The notes below the pieces were generated by a model. That model did no database searches. It worked only from the letters and a program-made list of their open reading frames with translations, and was not told the DNA's origin. DNA of 64,000 nucleotides from Bugula neritina. Taxonomy: Eukaryota > Animalia > Bryozoa. How positions within the stretch are numbered: the stretch's first letter is position 1; each line of letters opens with the position of its first letter. Both the position numbers and the translations under genes were made by a program. Shown in pieces: positions 1 to 13,500 of the stretch. The DNA is taken from contig OZ037772.1 of the NCBI GenBank assembly GCA_964035545.1, forward strand, positions 12,956,818-13,020,817, given 5' to 3'.

Positions 1-268
1 AATTTGGTGAGTAGATTTATAGGCAATGTCTAAAGTCTTCTCCCTGATAGCATACTTGCTTGAAAGCTGCACATGAAGCAGCAATTTTATAGATGGAATC
101 GAACACATGTTGAATAAAACTGTGATTTCTCGAGTTTTTAAAGATGTCTGCCTGATGATGAAATAGCTTAAAATGAGCTGTGACTAATGTTTAACCATGC
201 GTCACGTTTGAGTTGAAAGTCTTGTGCCATAAACACTGAGCACAATTCTCTTTATACCGAATCTCTAG

Positions 269-3200
269 ATATTGACGAGTGTGCTGACCGAACCCTCAAT
301 GAGTGTCACCCAGACGGGTACTGTGATAATGAGATCCCTGGCTATTTCTGTGGCTGTAACCCAGGCTACACAGGAAACGGCTTCAACTGTACAGGTAAGT
401 CAAACTCAGTTAAACTCAGGTAGTGTTAGTTAGACTCATTTAGTCTCAGTTAGAATCAGTCAGTCTCAGTTAGACTTAGTCAGTCTCAGTTAGTTTCAGT
501 TATACTCAATTAGATGTGATAGTTAGACTCACTGCTACTAGTTACTGTGCTGGTCCCACTACAAAACGAATCTGCAATGACGAATGAATAGATAACATGT
601 GAGTAAAGTAGATACACAGTAATCACGTGATCATATTTAGTTAGAGTACTGTGAGTGTTTAGTTAGAGTACTGTGAGTGTTTAGTTAGAGTACTGTTTTG
701 CTTCTCTGTTTTCAGTCATTCTTGTTATCAGAAATGATGAACATTGTCATATTCCATCTTGCCTTTGGATTCACATATTTGTGTCTGTCTGTCCATCTCT
801 CATTCTGTTTGTTAGTCTATGTATTGTTTTAGACATCAATGTGTATTATTTTAGACATCAATGTGTATTGTTTTAGACATCAATGAATGTGAGGGTAACT
901 TCACATGTCCACTCAACTCTCTCTGCAAAAACTCACCAGGAACCTATGACTGCCCGGATTGTATGAAGGGGTACAGATGGGACCTCAATAAGACTTCCTG
1001 TTATGGTAGGAACTCAAGTTATACATATGATATGATACACTGCAAGCATAGCGCTAAACCAGGGTCTCTTACGGAATAGAAGTATAGTGTCTAGTAGAAC
1101 AGACCTGTACAACTAGTCCTGTGTCTTTCTAGATCACATCACTTTGTGTCACATCACCCGGTGTGTCACGTGACAGGGTACCATGTCACATTATATTCAC
1201 ACAGTACTGTATAAAGTGTAGTAGTTATACCGTTTTACCTCACCCTGTTTATAGATATAAATGAGTGTGATGAAGGCATTGATACTTGTCCACCAAACAG
1301 CGTGTGTAACAATACTATTGGCTCATTCAAATGTCCCAGATGTAACGATGGATATGATTGGACAGATAGCAACCAGACAGCCTGTGAAGGTACTTGTAAC
1401 TAAAGTGTAGCAGTTTTGTCCAGGTTATAAACTTAGAAATATTAACTTTAAATTTTCATTTATTTCACAGGAATTTGAAGGGTGAAACTCTCCTAATTTA
1501 CAACTATTGCTAAACCCACAGCTCATTGTCAGCACACTGCAAGCTGTAGTAATGTTGTCTTCTTCTATTTACAGATGTGGATGAATGTGCTAATGATACT
1601 CACACCTGTCCAGAGAACAGCGTGTGTAACAATACTATTGGTTCCTTTGAGTGTCCAGTGTGTGAGGATGGATATGAGTGGACAGATAGCAACCAGACAG
1701 CCTGTCAAGGTAAACGCTGATGATGGAAAACATGAAACTGTTTGCAATCAGTATTAGTAGTACTCTTGTCTAACTAACACTACTCTGTAACTAACACTAC
1801 TCTGTAACTAACACTACTTTGTAACTAGCACTACTTTGTAACTAGCACTACTCTGTAACTAAATATACTATATTACTAGTCTACAGTTACTACTCTACAG
1901 TTACTACTCTACAGTTACTACTCTACAGTTACTACTCTACAGTTACTACTCTACAGTTACTAGTCTACAGTTACTAGTCTACAGTTACTACTCTACAGTT
2001 ACTAGTCTACAGTTACTAGTCTACAGTTACTAGTCTACAGTTACTACTCTACAGTTACTAGTCTACAGTTACTAGTCTACAGTTACTAGTCTACAGTTAC
2101 TACTCCACAGTTACTACTCCACAGTTACTAGTCTACAGTTACTAGTCTACAGTTACTAGTCTACAGTTACTACTCCACAGTTACTACTCCACAGTTACTA
2201 CTCTACAGTTAGAGTTTACTCTATTGTGTGCTGAAGCTAGCAGGGCAGTGCAGAGTAATTTATATTGGTTTATTGGTAACACAACTCCCTCTACATTTAG
2301 TATTTCACATACTATCATGTGGAGTAGGATTTTACATGTGTTTGTACCATCGTCTTGATATACTTCCAGATGTGGATGAATGTAAACTGAAGACTCACAC
2401 CTGTCCAGAGAATAGTGTGTGTAACAATACTATTGGTTCCTTTGAGTGTCCCAGATGTAAGGATGGATATGATTGGACAGATAGCAACCAGACAGCCTGT
2501 GCAGGTGATTATAACAAAAATACACTCTTAATATAATATTCTGATTCTGTTTTGCTTTCTCCTATTTATTTCTAGTTTCGTATTATTAATTCACTCTCAC
2601 TACACACTTGAGTATTACTAATTCACTCTCACTACACACTTGAGTATTACTAATTCACTCTCACTATACACTTGAGTATTACTAATTCACTCCGACTACA
2701 TCAAAAGAGGAATAGTAGGGTTGCACATTAAGTACTGCTGTTTATTTTCTAGTCTCGCTTGTCTAAGATGTTAACTTCTACCTTCCAAGGTCTGCATGTA
2801 TCTAACTCTTAGACCTTCAATGTCTACTGTTTACAAGGCTTCCTTTACTATTTATAGATATAGATGAATGTGTTAATGGTACTCATACTTGTCCCCTAAA
2901 CAGCGTGTGTAACAATACTATTGGTTCCTTTGAGTGCCCAGCCTGTGAGGATGGATATGAGTGGACAGATAGCAACCAGACAGCCTGCAGAGGTGAGGGT
3001 TGTGTGAGGAATGAAAGGAAATTATTTTTTTATTATGCTGTTTCAAGTTATTTCTTCAGCCTCTGCTTTATCGGATTATCAGTTTGATGTGACATCTAAA
3101 GGATGGAGTGAGGGACAGCTGAAAGCTGTAGTTTAGTATTCTATATGCATGTGTCAACTTTAAACATGTTACATCTGGTGGGTAACTCCAATGCCGTGGG

Positions 3201-5671
3201 ATAGACTGCAAATTGCTAGTTCACAGCTGCTTAATTTTCTCTTGCATATGTCCTTTAAAAATCTATGGTGCTGGGAGCTGTAAAATATCTCTGGGCATAT
3301 TTTCCCTGAGCTCCTGAAGTCAGAAAGGCTGTCTGCTAATCTGCCCGTACTGGAAGGAAATATCAACTCGCTCAGTTTCAATAAATAAGTTACACTTTCT
3401 CACTCTATACTCAGTGGCATACTCAGTATACTCTTTCACTACTACCTTCTCTGACCAGTGAATATACAGCTCTCTCTCTCTGACCTGTTTTCAATTTTTC
3501 TATTGAGTTTATTGAATCTCCGTATTTCATTTTTGAATAACAATTTTCAGATGTGAATGAATGTGCTAATGGCACGCATACCTGTCCAGAGAATAGCGTG
3601 TGTAGCAATACTATTGGTTCCTTTGAGTGTCCCAGATGTAAGGATGGATATGATTGGACAGATAGTAACCAGACAGCCTGTGAAGGTGATTGTTACATAA
3701 GTTTACTGAATGTAATATATTGTGAGCTATTGCAATGAGATCTCAAATAATCTATGAAATAAAACTCATGGAGATATTAGAGTGGATCTATTGGTTTCAA
3801 TAAATCAGAATTGCTGAATATTTGTGAACAAACTATAGAGTTTCGGTCAGTCCAGGAGTTGTTAGAGTAATTTACTTCCTTTATATTGTTCCAGATGTGG
3901 ATGAATGTGCTTATGGCACTCACACCTGCCCAGAGAATAGTGTGTGTAACAATACTATTGGTTCCTTTGAGTGTCCCAGATGTAAAGATGGATATGTTTG
4001 GATGGATAGCAACCAGACAGTCTGTGAAGGTGATTGTTATAACCAACTTCTATTTGAGTTCTTACAAGGTTTATCATGAAAGAACATTTGTTACTAATTA
4101 TTTTATATAGCTTGGTTTTTTATTTTCTTACAATTATTGCCATTTACATAACCTGAACTTTTACATTCAACTCCATAATGACGTCAGGGTTACACATTGA
4201 ACATAGCAACTGTCTGAACTCAGTTCTAGTTCATATGTTGTCATACTCACAAGTATTTGTGTCATGATACTAACAAGTATTTGTGTAATGCCTCCTACGT
4301 TCTATTTTGTCTTCACGCATCTTCTAACAGTTCTTTCCTTTTGAACAGATATTGATGAGTGTAGAAATGACACAAACAATGATTGCCACTATAACGCCAC
4401 GTGTACCAATACAAATGGCAGCTATGTGTGTGAATGTAACTCCGGGTACACAGGAAGTGGTACTTACTGCACTGGTGAGTCAACTTTATTTTTTTAATAC
4501 GTTTATTATTTATAGTCATGCTTTTTAAAAGTTGACATAATTAAATGGTAGATGAGAGCTTTTAGAATATTTTTGTTTAATTACTTAAAGTTACTTTTAA
4601 CTTTTGCTTCTCTTTAGCAGAAAATGTTTGGTCTGTTGAGATCAATGTGATTAAGTTAATTTCATGTATTCTGTGTTGTAGATATCAATGAATGTGATAA
4701 GCTGTTAGACAACTGCGACCCGAAACACGGCATCTGCACCAACACAGATGGCGGCCATGTTTGTTCTTGTATCTACGGGTTCACCGGAGAGTTCAACTGC
4801 ACAGGTCAGCGAGAACTTTCCTTAGACATTTATTTCCTGTCTGTTTGATGATGTCATCAGTTGCTATGGCAACGTCTGCATCTGTTGGGAATCTCTATAG
4901 TCTGAGCTCCAACTCAGTGTTTTTAACCTGAGCTCTATTAAGTGTTGCTGTTGTGTGTGTAGAGATCAAGCCGGGACAAACCGGGCTGGAGGAGCAGGAG
5001 AAATATCTGGTGGACTCGGCTGCCGTATTCAGAATGTACGCATTAGAGGCTGAGAGACAGTCCCTAGAGAAACAGCTTGAGAGCGTGCTGAGACAGTGTG
5101 CTCTGGTTGCTAGGAAACCAACTAGAGGGAAGAGAGCGGTACGTGTCACTTCCTGTTACCTGTAACTACGTGTCACTTCCTGTTACCTGTAACCATAGTA
5201 GCTGTGTGTCCACTTAGTCTCTAAAAGGGAAGGCAACTCTCCAATACCTGAGAGCTTCAGCTCAATGAAAAATTGGTTCTATTAGGCAGCAACATTCAAA
5301 CTCAACTTATGTCAGCTCAGTTCTCCGGCAACTTGGAGTTATCTTTCCACATTATCTCATTGCACCAACTAATTACCATTTAAAGAGTTGTCTTCACATT
5401 AACAGCTAATGAATATTTCCACAAGCAAACAAATATTCCACTTTCACTGCCATTTGTTTATCTGTGTGTTTAAAGATAGTCAGTGTATGTTTGAGATTAT
5501 TATGTTTGTTGTGTGGAGTTGTCTTCACTGCCGGTGTTGCAGGTGCTGTCGGGGTCACCCGCTGCTATCAACAGGGTTCAGGTGGACAGTCTGATTAATA
5601 ATCTCGGCGTGGCCATCAGGAAACTCAAGGCTAACATCCAGTCTGCAAAGAAAGCTTGCGGCTTGGCCTAG
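269..5671 (+). CDS. 3' part (5' end outside window) of a secreted calcium-binding EGF-repeat protein with a helical, furin-site-containing C-terminal module; paralog of the gene at 6897-18398
   Basis: Phase-1 GT-AG exons each encode one cbEGF (D[IV][DN]EC...): 269-394, 877-1005, 1255-1389, 1575-1709, 2370-2504, 2858-2992, 3551-3685, 3895-4029, 4349-4474, 4682-4804. Then 4963-5138 (EIKPGQTGLEEQEKYLVDSAA...RKPTRGKRA) and 5543-5671 (VLSGSPAAINR...KKACGLA-stop). Phases are consistent throughout. Confidence 0.9.
1770..2212. repeat. Intronic minisatellites: 17-bp CTACTCTGTAACTAACA-like units followed by a 14-bp CTACAGTTACTA(C/G)T array
   Basis: Directly visible tandem units in the intron between EGF exons 1575-1709 and 2370-2504. 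Confidence 0.9.
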
Positions 5672-6896
5672 TTACTCTGAACAATCTAAGGGCTGATATT
5701 CAGACTAGGATATAGTCTGACTCTGTTTATTAGCAGGATGGTAACAACAGAAATGAACTGCCTTATCTTATTGGCTCATTATTATATTTCTATCCAATCA
5801 GTAGGCTTTTACAGCAAACAATTGTGTATTTCAAATATATTTCTAGTTTGCCATGTGTTGCCACATATTTTGATATTAATATTTTGTCTTGTGTGTAAAA
5901 TATAGAATTAAGTATATATTAACAAAGCCTTTAATATCTCTCCACCCCTCCCTCTGTCTCTCCCCCTCCCTCTCTCCTCCCCTCTCCCTCCCCTCCCTCC
6001 CCCTTTCTCTCTCTCCTCCCCTCTCCCTCTGTTGAGTAGTTGTCAAATGTATGGTGCTGAAACTAACACATATGACAGTTACCATCTGAACAACGACATC
6101 TGTGCCGTATAATATCATACAGTAAAGTATACTGTATATTATCATACAGTGAAATATACTGCATAGTATACAGTATGATACTATACCATCTATTATACTG
6201 TATCTCAGTATCTCTATTCAAGCTCTCCCCGCCTTCCTAGTATCGGTCTGAAGTGATAACATTGTGACAGTTGGTGTTCTCTAAATGCCTATAGCTCAAA
6301 AGGCGGGGCACGTTCTCTCCCCCCTCCAATATTATAGTACTGTTACATAGAATCAGCTAGATTTCTCAGAGATAAGATGACAAGGATTTGTTTACTCATG
6401 CTGATAGTTAAAAGTGTGTTGGCATCTTCCAGCAGCTTATAGTTGAGTTATCATTAAAGGTAAGCAAACCTTTGCTCAGGCGGTGGTGTGGTGGTGATAG
6501 TATTAGTATACTATTACAATGTCACTTGTTAATAGTACAGTATAAATTATTTATATTGTCACTATTGTCATCATTCAATACTAGTTAATATTTATGAGTG
6601 TTGTAATGTATGATTGTATGGAGTAGACTGTATTTTATGTAGTACTGCGCAATAGACGGTACCACATTAAGCATTTTACTAAGTGGAAGCCTATTTTTAA
6701 CAATTGTATTGTCAAAAAACCTATGTTTTATTCCTTTGCTTAGCAAACATTATTTTTCAGGTTATTTGACTTTTCAGAGTTATATAACATCATTTATTAA
6801 CGTTTTTAGGTAATTTAAACTCATTATCTAATAACATATGTATTCTGGTAGAGATACACCATCTGATAGTGTAGAGCTAGTTGGTAGAGAATCATC

Positions 6897-9800
6897 ATGG
6901 GACCGGAAATCCGCACCCGGCAGGTGTACAAGGTGGTTGCTATGACGCTTATGATGCTTATCACGCCAAAACAGGAAGTAGATGCAAAGGGCGTGTCCTT
7001 AGTCTTTGTGTTTGACACAACCGGCTCCATGTCTGGCGAACTCCGGCAGGTGAGAGCTGCAAGTCTCTGTAGTTCGGCTGCTGAATGCTGGTCATGTGAT
7101 GCTGGTCATGTGATGCTGGTCACGTGATGCTGGTCACGTGATGCTGGTCACGTGATGCTGGTCACGTGATGCTGGTCACGTAATGCTGGTCACGTAATGC
7201 TGGTCATGTGATACTGGTCATGTGATGCTGGTCATGTGATGCTAGTCATGTGATGCTGGTCATGTGATGCTAGTCATGTGATGCTGGTCATGTGATGCTG
7301 GTCATGTGATGCTGGTCATGTGATGCTGGTCATGTGATGCTGGTCATGTGATGCTGGTCATGTGATACTGGTCATACACACTGTGTGCTAATATGTAATG
7401 AAATGTTTGTGTTAAAAGTATAAAATATTGTTTATTTGCTGTCCCTTCGATGTTGACTGTTCAATAATCAATATTTTTTCCAGGAGCAAAAAATAGCACT
7501 TCACTCAGTAATAAAAATCTCCAAATCCATAATTAAGTAGCTCTACCACACTTTCTGCTGTTTCATGTTTTTCAAGTCTTTTCAATAAATTTAAAATGTT
7601 GTTAGGCCCAAGCGGGAGCAAAGAAGATTTTAAACTCTGCTTTAAGCAACCCTCAGGAATTTCTACACGACTTCATTCTGGTGCCTTTTAATGATCCAGG
7701 TGAGACGATTTGTACACCTGCTGTCAGTATTACAGTACAGTCAGTATTACAGTACAGTCAGTATTACAGTATAATACTGTGTTTTATAATGCTTTCTTGA
7801 GCTCTTGGTGTAGCACATGCCATCAAAGTATACAAATCAATATTATATCTGCTGTATTAGTCTGCTTATGTTCATTTGTTGATGTTTACAGGCGTGGGCC
7901 CTGCGACGGTGACCACTAACAGAGTTACTTTTGAGAATGCGCTGAGTAATATACGAGTGATTGTGAGTAGATATTATTCTGTCTACTGTGATATATTATA
8001 GACTATAGAGTATTACTGCAGTATTACTATATTATAGAGTATTACTACAGTATTACTATATTATAGAGTATTACTACAGTATTACTCTATATAACTATAT
8101 ATTGAAGGGGGGCGGAGACTGCCCAGAGATGGCGATTGGTGGAATCAAGCAAGCCTTGGAGGCAGCTCACCCAAACTCTCTCATCTACGTGTTCACTGAC
8201 GCTGCCGCTAAGGATTACTTCCTGACAGACAAAGTTATTGAGCTGATTCAGCAAACACAGTCTAAGGTAAGAGCTGAGTCTAAGGTGAGAGAACACAGTC
8301 TAAGGTTAGAGAACACAGTCTAAGGTGAGAGAACACAGTCTAAGGTAAGAGCTGAGTCTAAAGTGAGAGAACACAGTCTAAGAAGAGAGACACAGATATA
8401 TGTGGGAGACGTGGTGAATTATGAAGTGCATATTACTATTTAATACTTTATTCAACTTTAGAAACGGAGCCTTATTTTGAGTCGCAAATGAGAGGATTTT
8501 GGATATATGCTTACAATTATATTAGTTACCAATTTCTAAGTACTGAAAATATTGTGAATTTATAGGATGTATTTTTAGACTGTATTTATAGAATGTGTTT
8601 ATAAACTACATTTATAGAATGTGTTTCTAGAATATATTTATAGAATGTATTTCTAGACTGTATTTATAGAATATGTTTCTAGGTTACATTTGTCATGACC
8701 GGGGACTGTGGAAGCAGATCGGATCCGGGCTACACCTGCTACAGACGAATAGCTCAGGCTAGCTCTGGGGAGGTGTTCACTGTGGAGAAGGGACAGGTTG
8801 AGACAGTGGGTATAGTCTGCTACCAGTCTTCTACTATTATTATACTAATATTATGCTGAAGGTAAAGTAATAGTGTGTAGAAAGTTGATCAATAGTCTAC
8901 AAAAGTTACTGTAGACACTACTACTTGGTAGAAGGTATCAGATAATTCACAACTCAATTCAACCATCAATTACTGGAAATAATTATTTTTGTTTTCACTG
9001 GATGTGAAAAAAAGCTTTTAATTTGCTTGCATTTATTTACATGAATCATCTTGAGATAAAGTAAACTGGAGCTCATATGTTCATCAATTCCAATTATGCA
9101 AGTGTGTGATGACATGTAAGATACAAAGAATAAAGAAGTTGTATACAGCTTGTAGTCATTTCTAACTTACTTTCTAGATTTTGGATACCCTAATAGAGAC
9201 GACAATTCCTAAAGCTCCCAAGACAGGAGGTAATACCGGTAAGCCAGCACCTAAGAACACAACAGTCATTGCGCCAACTGTCAACTACGGCGAAGTAAGT
9301 GTGGTCTACCTGAGCTTTAACAGTGGAGGAAGGAAAGTGAAGTACCCGCTAAAGATAGACAGCCAGTTGAGTGATTTCACCATCTCACTGACAGGGGACA
9401 GACCAGGCCTACAAGTCTACGACGAGACAGGTCAGGCACTGAGTTCCAACTCGACTTTCACCAGTCGTGGTAGAGGCCGACTAACTAGTAAAACATAATT
9501 AGATTTTGTTGCTAGTAGCTGTTTTTCGACATAAAACTCTCTTGACTGGAAAGCTAAAAACCTGTGTATTTTACAGGAGCTCTAGTGGCGCCCAGTGAGT
9601 ACAGAGTGGTTGCTGACTTATCCAGTGTCTACATCATCAAGTTTGATAACCCCCGACCTGGGAGTTGGGCGATGACCTTCAGCTCCAGTTCCTTCCACAC
9701 TCTCAAGGTGACAGGTGAGACGGCTATCTGGTCATGTGACTGCTGCGAATATACTCCATACATAATAATATACACAATAATTATATAATAAATAATATAA

Positions 9801-10418
9801 TAATTGTGATAGGCTCCAGTATCATTGACTTCAACCAGAGGTTTGGATTGAGTGACGTTATCAGTGACTTTGCTGACCTCTTCCCGAGACCTGTTTCTGG
9901 TAAGTCTCTCTCTCTAGACTCAGTTCTAGTAGGTCTCTCTCTAGACTCAGTTCTGGTAAGTCTCTCTAGACTCAGTTCTGGTAAGTCTCTCTAGACTCAG
10001 TTCTGGTAAGTCTCTCTCTCTAGACTCAGTTCTGGTAAGTCTCTCTAGACTCAGTTCTGGTAAGTCTCTCTCTCTAGACTCAGTTCTGGTAAGTCTCTCT
10101 AGACTCAGTTCTGGTAAGTCTCTCTAGACTCAGTTCTGGTAAGTCTCTCTCTCTAGACTCAGTTCTGGTAAGTCTTTCTAGACTCAGTTCTGGTAAGTCT
10201 CTCTAGACTCAGTTCTGGTAAGTCTCTCTAGACTCAGTTCTGGTAAGTCTCTCTCTCTAGACTCAGTTCTGGTAAGTCTCTCTAGACTCAGTTCTGGTAA
10301 GTCTCTCTAGACTCAGTTCTGGTAAGTCTCTCTAGACTCAGTTCTGGTAAGTCTCTCTTTCTAGACTCAGTTCTGGTAAATCTCTCTCTAGACTCAGTTC
10401 TATAACCCTTTTATTATA

Positions 10419-10512
<94 letters not shown>

Positions 10513-13500
10513 AGGCATCCCTTCCTACACCTTCATCGAGGAATTTGCCACGGCCGGAGTTCAGTTCACTCAGCTGGATTTCCTCACTCCTGACGGGCAG
10601 ATTTTATCAAAGTTTATTCTCAACAAAACTTCCCTTCCAAACATATCTGTTGGAGGACCAAAGAGACCACCCAATGACCTCTTTTATATTCGTGTAAGGA
10701 TCTGAAGCTAATGAAAAAAAAGACAAATAAGTCATAAGTGTTGTCAATATGGTTGTTAGTCCATCAGTAATTCTTTGTAAAACAGTTTAACTACCTTTTG
10801 GCTTGTTGGTAACATTTCGGACTATGAAAAATAGTGTTTAATAAAATAATTGAAAATTATTGTCTAAATTATTAAAAGATTCTTTTATTTTATATATAGT
10901 ACAGAATAATAATAAGAACATAATATGATATAATATATAATATAGCATTGTACTCAATATTTCAGGCGACTGGGTTTGATGAGAAAGGTTTCCAGTTTAC
11001 TAGAGTTAGTAAATCCGGCCTCTTTTCCGTGAACACTACAGGTAGGCGTGTCTTATTATGTACAGGTAGGCGTGTCTTATCACGTACAGGTAGGCGTGTC
11101 TTATCACGTACAGGTAGGCGTGTCTTATCACGTACAGGTAGGCGTGTCTTATCACGTACAGGTAGGCGTGTCTTATCACGTACAGGTAGGCGTGGTGTTT
11201 ATGTAAACATGGGTTGGAAATTGCTAGAAATAAGATAACATTTCAAAGTGTTAGTATGAAAGATAATATAATCAAAACACTTCCACGTCTAACTGATAAA
11301 CAACAAAACAGCTTGTTTACTTTAAGAAAGTAGGGGGGTATTCAAGGCCCCCTACCTTGTAGTTGACTTGTGTATACTCGCTATACAGCAGTGGGTTGAT
11401 GAGAAGCAGGCGTTGTGCAGCAGATAGTAAACTCTGTAGTCACGTAAAAGTAGTTTAGAAAACCATGCATTAATATTCAGCTGCTTTGTCCCCAGCTGCT
11501 TCTCTACTACTTTGAAAAATAAAAACTGAAAATGGTGACGCTGTTATTCATTATATTTTATTAAATTATTTCCTAAAGATATAAATAGCTACTTTACTTA
11601 ATGAGAGATTGCATTAAGTCCCAGCAGTAAGTCTAACCACAGTTCCCTGAATGTAGTACACCAACACCTATCCTACCTCTCTCAACTGAGAGCTTCAATA
11701 TCATTGGTTGTGAGTTTGTGTAGAGTTCTATGTTATGTTAGACCCATGAAGGTTTCAGTGATGACTTATCTTGTACTCAATATGTCATCAACCATGCATA
11801 ATTTAATAGTGAATGTTTACTAAAATATAAAAGTATATGGTTTGTTTGAAGGAATTGAGCCAATCAAATGGTCTGTTTAAAGGAATCTAGCCAATCAAAT
11901 GGTCTGTTTAAAGCAATTGAACCAATCAAATGGTCTGTTTGAAGGAATTGAGCCAATCAAATGGTCTATTTGAAGGAATTGAGCAATGCCAGAAGTGTGC
12001 CCCAGGAGGCACCAGCAGATGTGTAGTGGTGGGAAAAGTTGACCTGAAGAATCTGTCCAGCACTAAGTTTAGATGCGAGTGTAGAACCCCGTACTTTGAG
12101 GGGAATGGGATCACCTGCATAAGTATGAACAGCTTTGTATATTTATCATTTAATATTTATTTATTATTTAATATTCAGTATTTACTAAGTAGTTTAGTTT
12201 GAATTTAGTTCTGCTTCTAATATATTTTGGTTTGTTACTTGAATAATTTTTTGAAATTAGTATAAATTTCAATGTTTACTTTTATTTTGATTCAATATAA
12301 GTTTTATTGATACTTTATTGGCTGAAAGTAGTATTACAAAAGCATTATATAATTGCCACAAACTATTTACCTCTAGCTTTTTTATAATATATTTATATAT
12401 AAGAATACAGATCTTCTTTCTACTAGTCAGGGTAAAATATCAGAAATATCCTTCTACTGATCTCCCATAATAAACTAGTACTAGAAAGGCCAGCTTTTAG
12501 TGGTTACAACTCATCACACTTCATTTCAGATTATTTGCTATATTAGAATTAACATAATTTTCTATTTTAACGTGTTTTGTTAACATTTACAGATGTGGAT
12601 GAGTGCAGCAAGCTGACTGACAACTGTAACAACAATGCTGTCTGTACCGACACTTTCGGCAGCTTCTATTGTGACTGTAAGCCTGGGTTTGCCGGAAATG
12701 GTGTGGTTTGTGCAAGTGAGTCCACTTTTTAGCTTTTCAACTACATCTTCGCTAATTTCTTGTTGAAGTTAATATGCTAGTATACTATATTATTATATCA
12801 TATGCTAGTATACTATATTATTATATTATATGTTAGTATACTATATTATTATATCATATGTTAGTATAATATATTATTATATTATATGCTAGTATACTAT
12901 ATTATTATATCATATGGTAGTATACTATATTATTATATCATATGCTAGTATACTATATTATTATATTGCCAGATATTAACGAATGCCTCCATCCAAAGTA
13001 CAATGGCTGCCAGGGGACTGGTGTGTGTACAGATACTATTGGCAGCTTTCAGTGTTCATGCTTCAATGGCTTTGAACCGAATAATAAGACAACTCCTTTA
13101 TGTGCAGGTAAGTACGATACTGCATCAGTACACTACTATATACTATGTATGTGCAGGTAAGTACGATACTGCATCAGTACACTACTATATACTATGTATG
13201 TGCAGGTAAGTACGGTACTGCATCAGTACACTACGTCTGTGCACCGGTCACATTGCTATGTGCATGCATACAGCCTGGTGTTATGGGTTAATGAATGTGA
13301 TACACGGGTGTTCCCTGATAACACTGAGTCTTAGTGAAGGACTTCTTGACTTATTTTGAATAAGACCTGTGAGCTTGTGCTGTAGATATCAATGAGTGTG
13401 AAAGGGGATTGGACAGCTGCTCAGCCAATCATGAGTGTGTAAACACTATCGGCTCTTACTCTTGTGTGTGTAAGGCAGGATTCACTGGCAACTCCACTCA

